Of a stretch of 64,000 nt of DNA, positions 62,494 through 64,000 are shown in pieces. Location: positions 128,001 to 192,000 of the forward strand of contig JAKPMO010000004.1 of the NCBI GenBank assembly GCA_029548865.1. The letters are read 5' to 3'. The DNA is from Caldisericota bacterium (GTDB lineage Bacteria > Caldisericota > Caldisericia > JAAYUI01). A model generated the notes under the pieces. The model saw nothing but the letters and a program-made list of their open reading frames with translations, ran no database searches and was not told the origin of the DNA. Position 1 is the stretch's first letter, and each line of letters starts with the position of its first letter. Made by a program: the position numbers and the translations under genes.

Positions 62494-63620
62494 AGCTCGG
62501 CCTCCTTTCCTGATTGTTTGTAAACAAATTTAGTCCTGCCACCAAGACCAGTCAAGATTTCATATGGGGTGGTTCTCAGGACCTCAGATAAATCTTTTAC
62601 AGTAACAGCCTCATCGGTATCTTTTCCAATGAGCGTTACCCTGTCTCCAACCTCAACTCCTGGAATATCTGTTACGTCAATCATGAACTGGTCCATGCAG
62701 ATTCTTCCTACTATTTTGGTTTTTTTGCCCTGAACCAGCACGAAACCACCATTTTTTAGGTTCCATCTCCATCCATCGGCGTATCCTACGGGCACAGTTG
62801 CGATGACTCTTGTAGAATCAGCGATAAAATCCCTGCCGTAGCCGACACTTTCACCCTTGTGGATGACTTTCATGTCGCAAACAACGGAAGTCCATGAAAG
62901 AATCGGCAGAAGTTCCTGGTCGAACCTGCCGCCAACTGGCACCCCGTAGAGCATCATGCCTGGCCTGACCATGTCAAAATGATACTCCGGATAGTTCATT
63001 GTTGCAGATGATGCAGAAGCATGAAGCATTGGTGATGCCCCCATTGCCTTTGCCTCAAGGGCCACTGCAGTGAACAGGTCAGCCTGGCGCTTTGTGAATT
63101 CAGGATCAGAATCAGCCACAGCAAAGTGGGTAAACAGACCACTGATCCTTATTTTTGGGAGCTTCATTACACTTTTTATGAACGGCACCGAGTCCTTGAC
63201 CGATATTCCGGCCCAGCACATGCCTGTATCAACCTTTATGTGTACCGGTACCGGAGCAGGTGTTAGCCTGTCAAGTTCCACTGCAAGCTGGTAGTCAAAA
63301 ATGGTTGGGGTGATCTGGTAATGGAGTATGTCAGAAGCATAGGCAGAGTGGGTATAGCCAAGTATGAGTATTGGGCAGACAACACCCCCTGCCCTTAATT
63401 TGATTGCCTCCTCCGGGGTCTGGACGGCAAGCCAGTCTGCCCCGTTATGGGCAAGAGCCTGCGCGATTGCGACATCACCGTGCCCATAGGCATTGGCTTT
63501 GACAACAGCCATCACCTTTGGCGCCCGGGAGATCCTCCTCACCAGGCCAAGGTTTGATATCAGCCTGTCGATATCTACCGTTGCCAGTGATGGCAATACT
63601 TTCTCTGGTGCAAGACTCAT
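62490..63620 (-). CDS. alr: Alanine racemase
   Basis: AVVKANAYGHG, HIKVDTGM, PVGYADG and GRICMD motifs. Confidence 0.96.
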   Translation of the reverse strand: MSLAPEKVLPSLATVDIDRLISNLGLVRRISRAPKVMAVVKANAYGHGDVAIAQALAHNGADWLAVQTPEEAIKLRAGGVVCPILILGYTHSAYASDILHYQITPTIFDYQLAVELDRLTPAPVPVHIKVDTGMCWAGISVKDSVPFIKSVMKLPKIRISGLFTHFAVADSDPEFTKRQADLFTAVALEAKAMGASPMLHASASSATMNYPEYHFDMVRPGMMLYGVPVGGRFDQELLPILSWTSVVCDMKVIHKGESVGYGRDFIADSTRVIATVPVGYADGWRWNLKNGGFVLVQGKKTKIVGRICMDQFMIDVTDIPGVEVGDRVTLIGKDTDEAVTVKDLSEVLRTTPYEILTGLGGRTKFVYKQSGKEAEL

Positions 63621-64000
63621 TGGCTTGTTACTTTTATCCCTTCGAACCTGATGCTCGGCGTGATTACCGAGATCAGATCTTCAACATCACTTGATACACC
63701 GCTTATGTTTTTGATCATCTCGAATACATTTCCAGCAATCATTGTGCCAAGGAGAGGTGTTGTTATCTTTCCATTTTCGATCAGGTAGCCACCCTTTACA
63801 ACCCCAGAGAAATCACCGGAAGAAGGATCAATGTTTCCAGAATATCTTTTCACAAGAAGGCCAAGTTTTGTGTCTGCGATGAGCTCTTCGAGCGTGGTTT
63901 TGCCAGTTTCCACAATTATGTTGGTTGTAGAGACGGAGGGAGTTGAGGAGGGTGATCCTGCGGCATGGCCATTTGATATGGTTTTGTCCCTCGCCGCCGT
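63617..64000 (-). CDS. TldD/PmbA family protein (C-terminal part)
   Basis: SGDFS, GYLIENGKI, MIAGNVFEM and TPSI motifs typical of the PmbA C-terminus. Confidence 0.85.
   Translation of the reverse strand, partial: TAARDKTISNGHAAGSPSSTPSVSTTNIIVETGKTTLEELIADTKLGLLVKRYSGNIDPSSGDFSGVVKGGYLIENGKITTPLLGTMIAGNVFEMIKNISGVSSDVEDLISVITPSIRFEGIKVTSQ

Noticed and set aside
62274..62545. Short minus-strand ORFs 62274-62474 and 62303-62545 as genes, or a frameshifted N-terminus
   Set aside because: The third frame gives an SD, a signal peptide and direct in-frame continuity through the TGA, so no frameshift is needed.

Overview
A gene-dense bacterial chromosomal segment. Firmicute-like housekeeping synteny plus copper-amine-oxidase-N ('stalk') surface proteins suggests a Caldisericota-like lineage (inference only). 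In order it holds: a partial giant secreted repeat protein missed by the ORF track; a C25 peptidase with a dockerin-like tail; ackA-purLMNH; lepA-hemW-bioY; topB, two class A PBPs and tmk-darA-holB-yaaT; psd, a 52-aa membrane protein, a GCS2 ligase and ribU behind an FMN riboswitch; btuFCD behind a cobalamin riboswitch; radA; fmt and yifB; an 11-subunit complex I-like operon (no NuoEFG) running directly into an F1Fo operon with N-ATPase-like features; and ABC-F, recG, uppP, alr and a partial tldD/pmbA. The top finding is that the 60160..62331 ORF extends upstream through one in-frame TGA to a signal-peptide start at 62493. This gives a UxxC motif followed by a SECIS-like hairpin, i.e. a candidate exported multi-domain selenoprotein. 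A second pattern is nine sigma70-like promoters with 16-nt spacers, six of them placed to make leaderless or near-leaderless mRNAs. I recognised no CRISPR array, rRNA, tRNA or mobile element.
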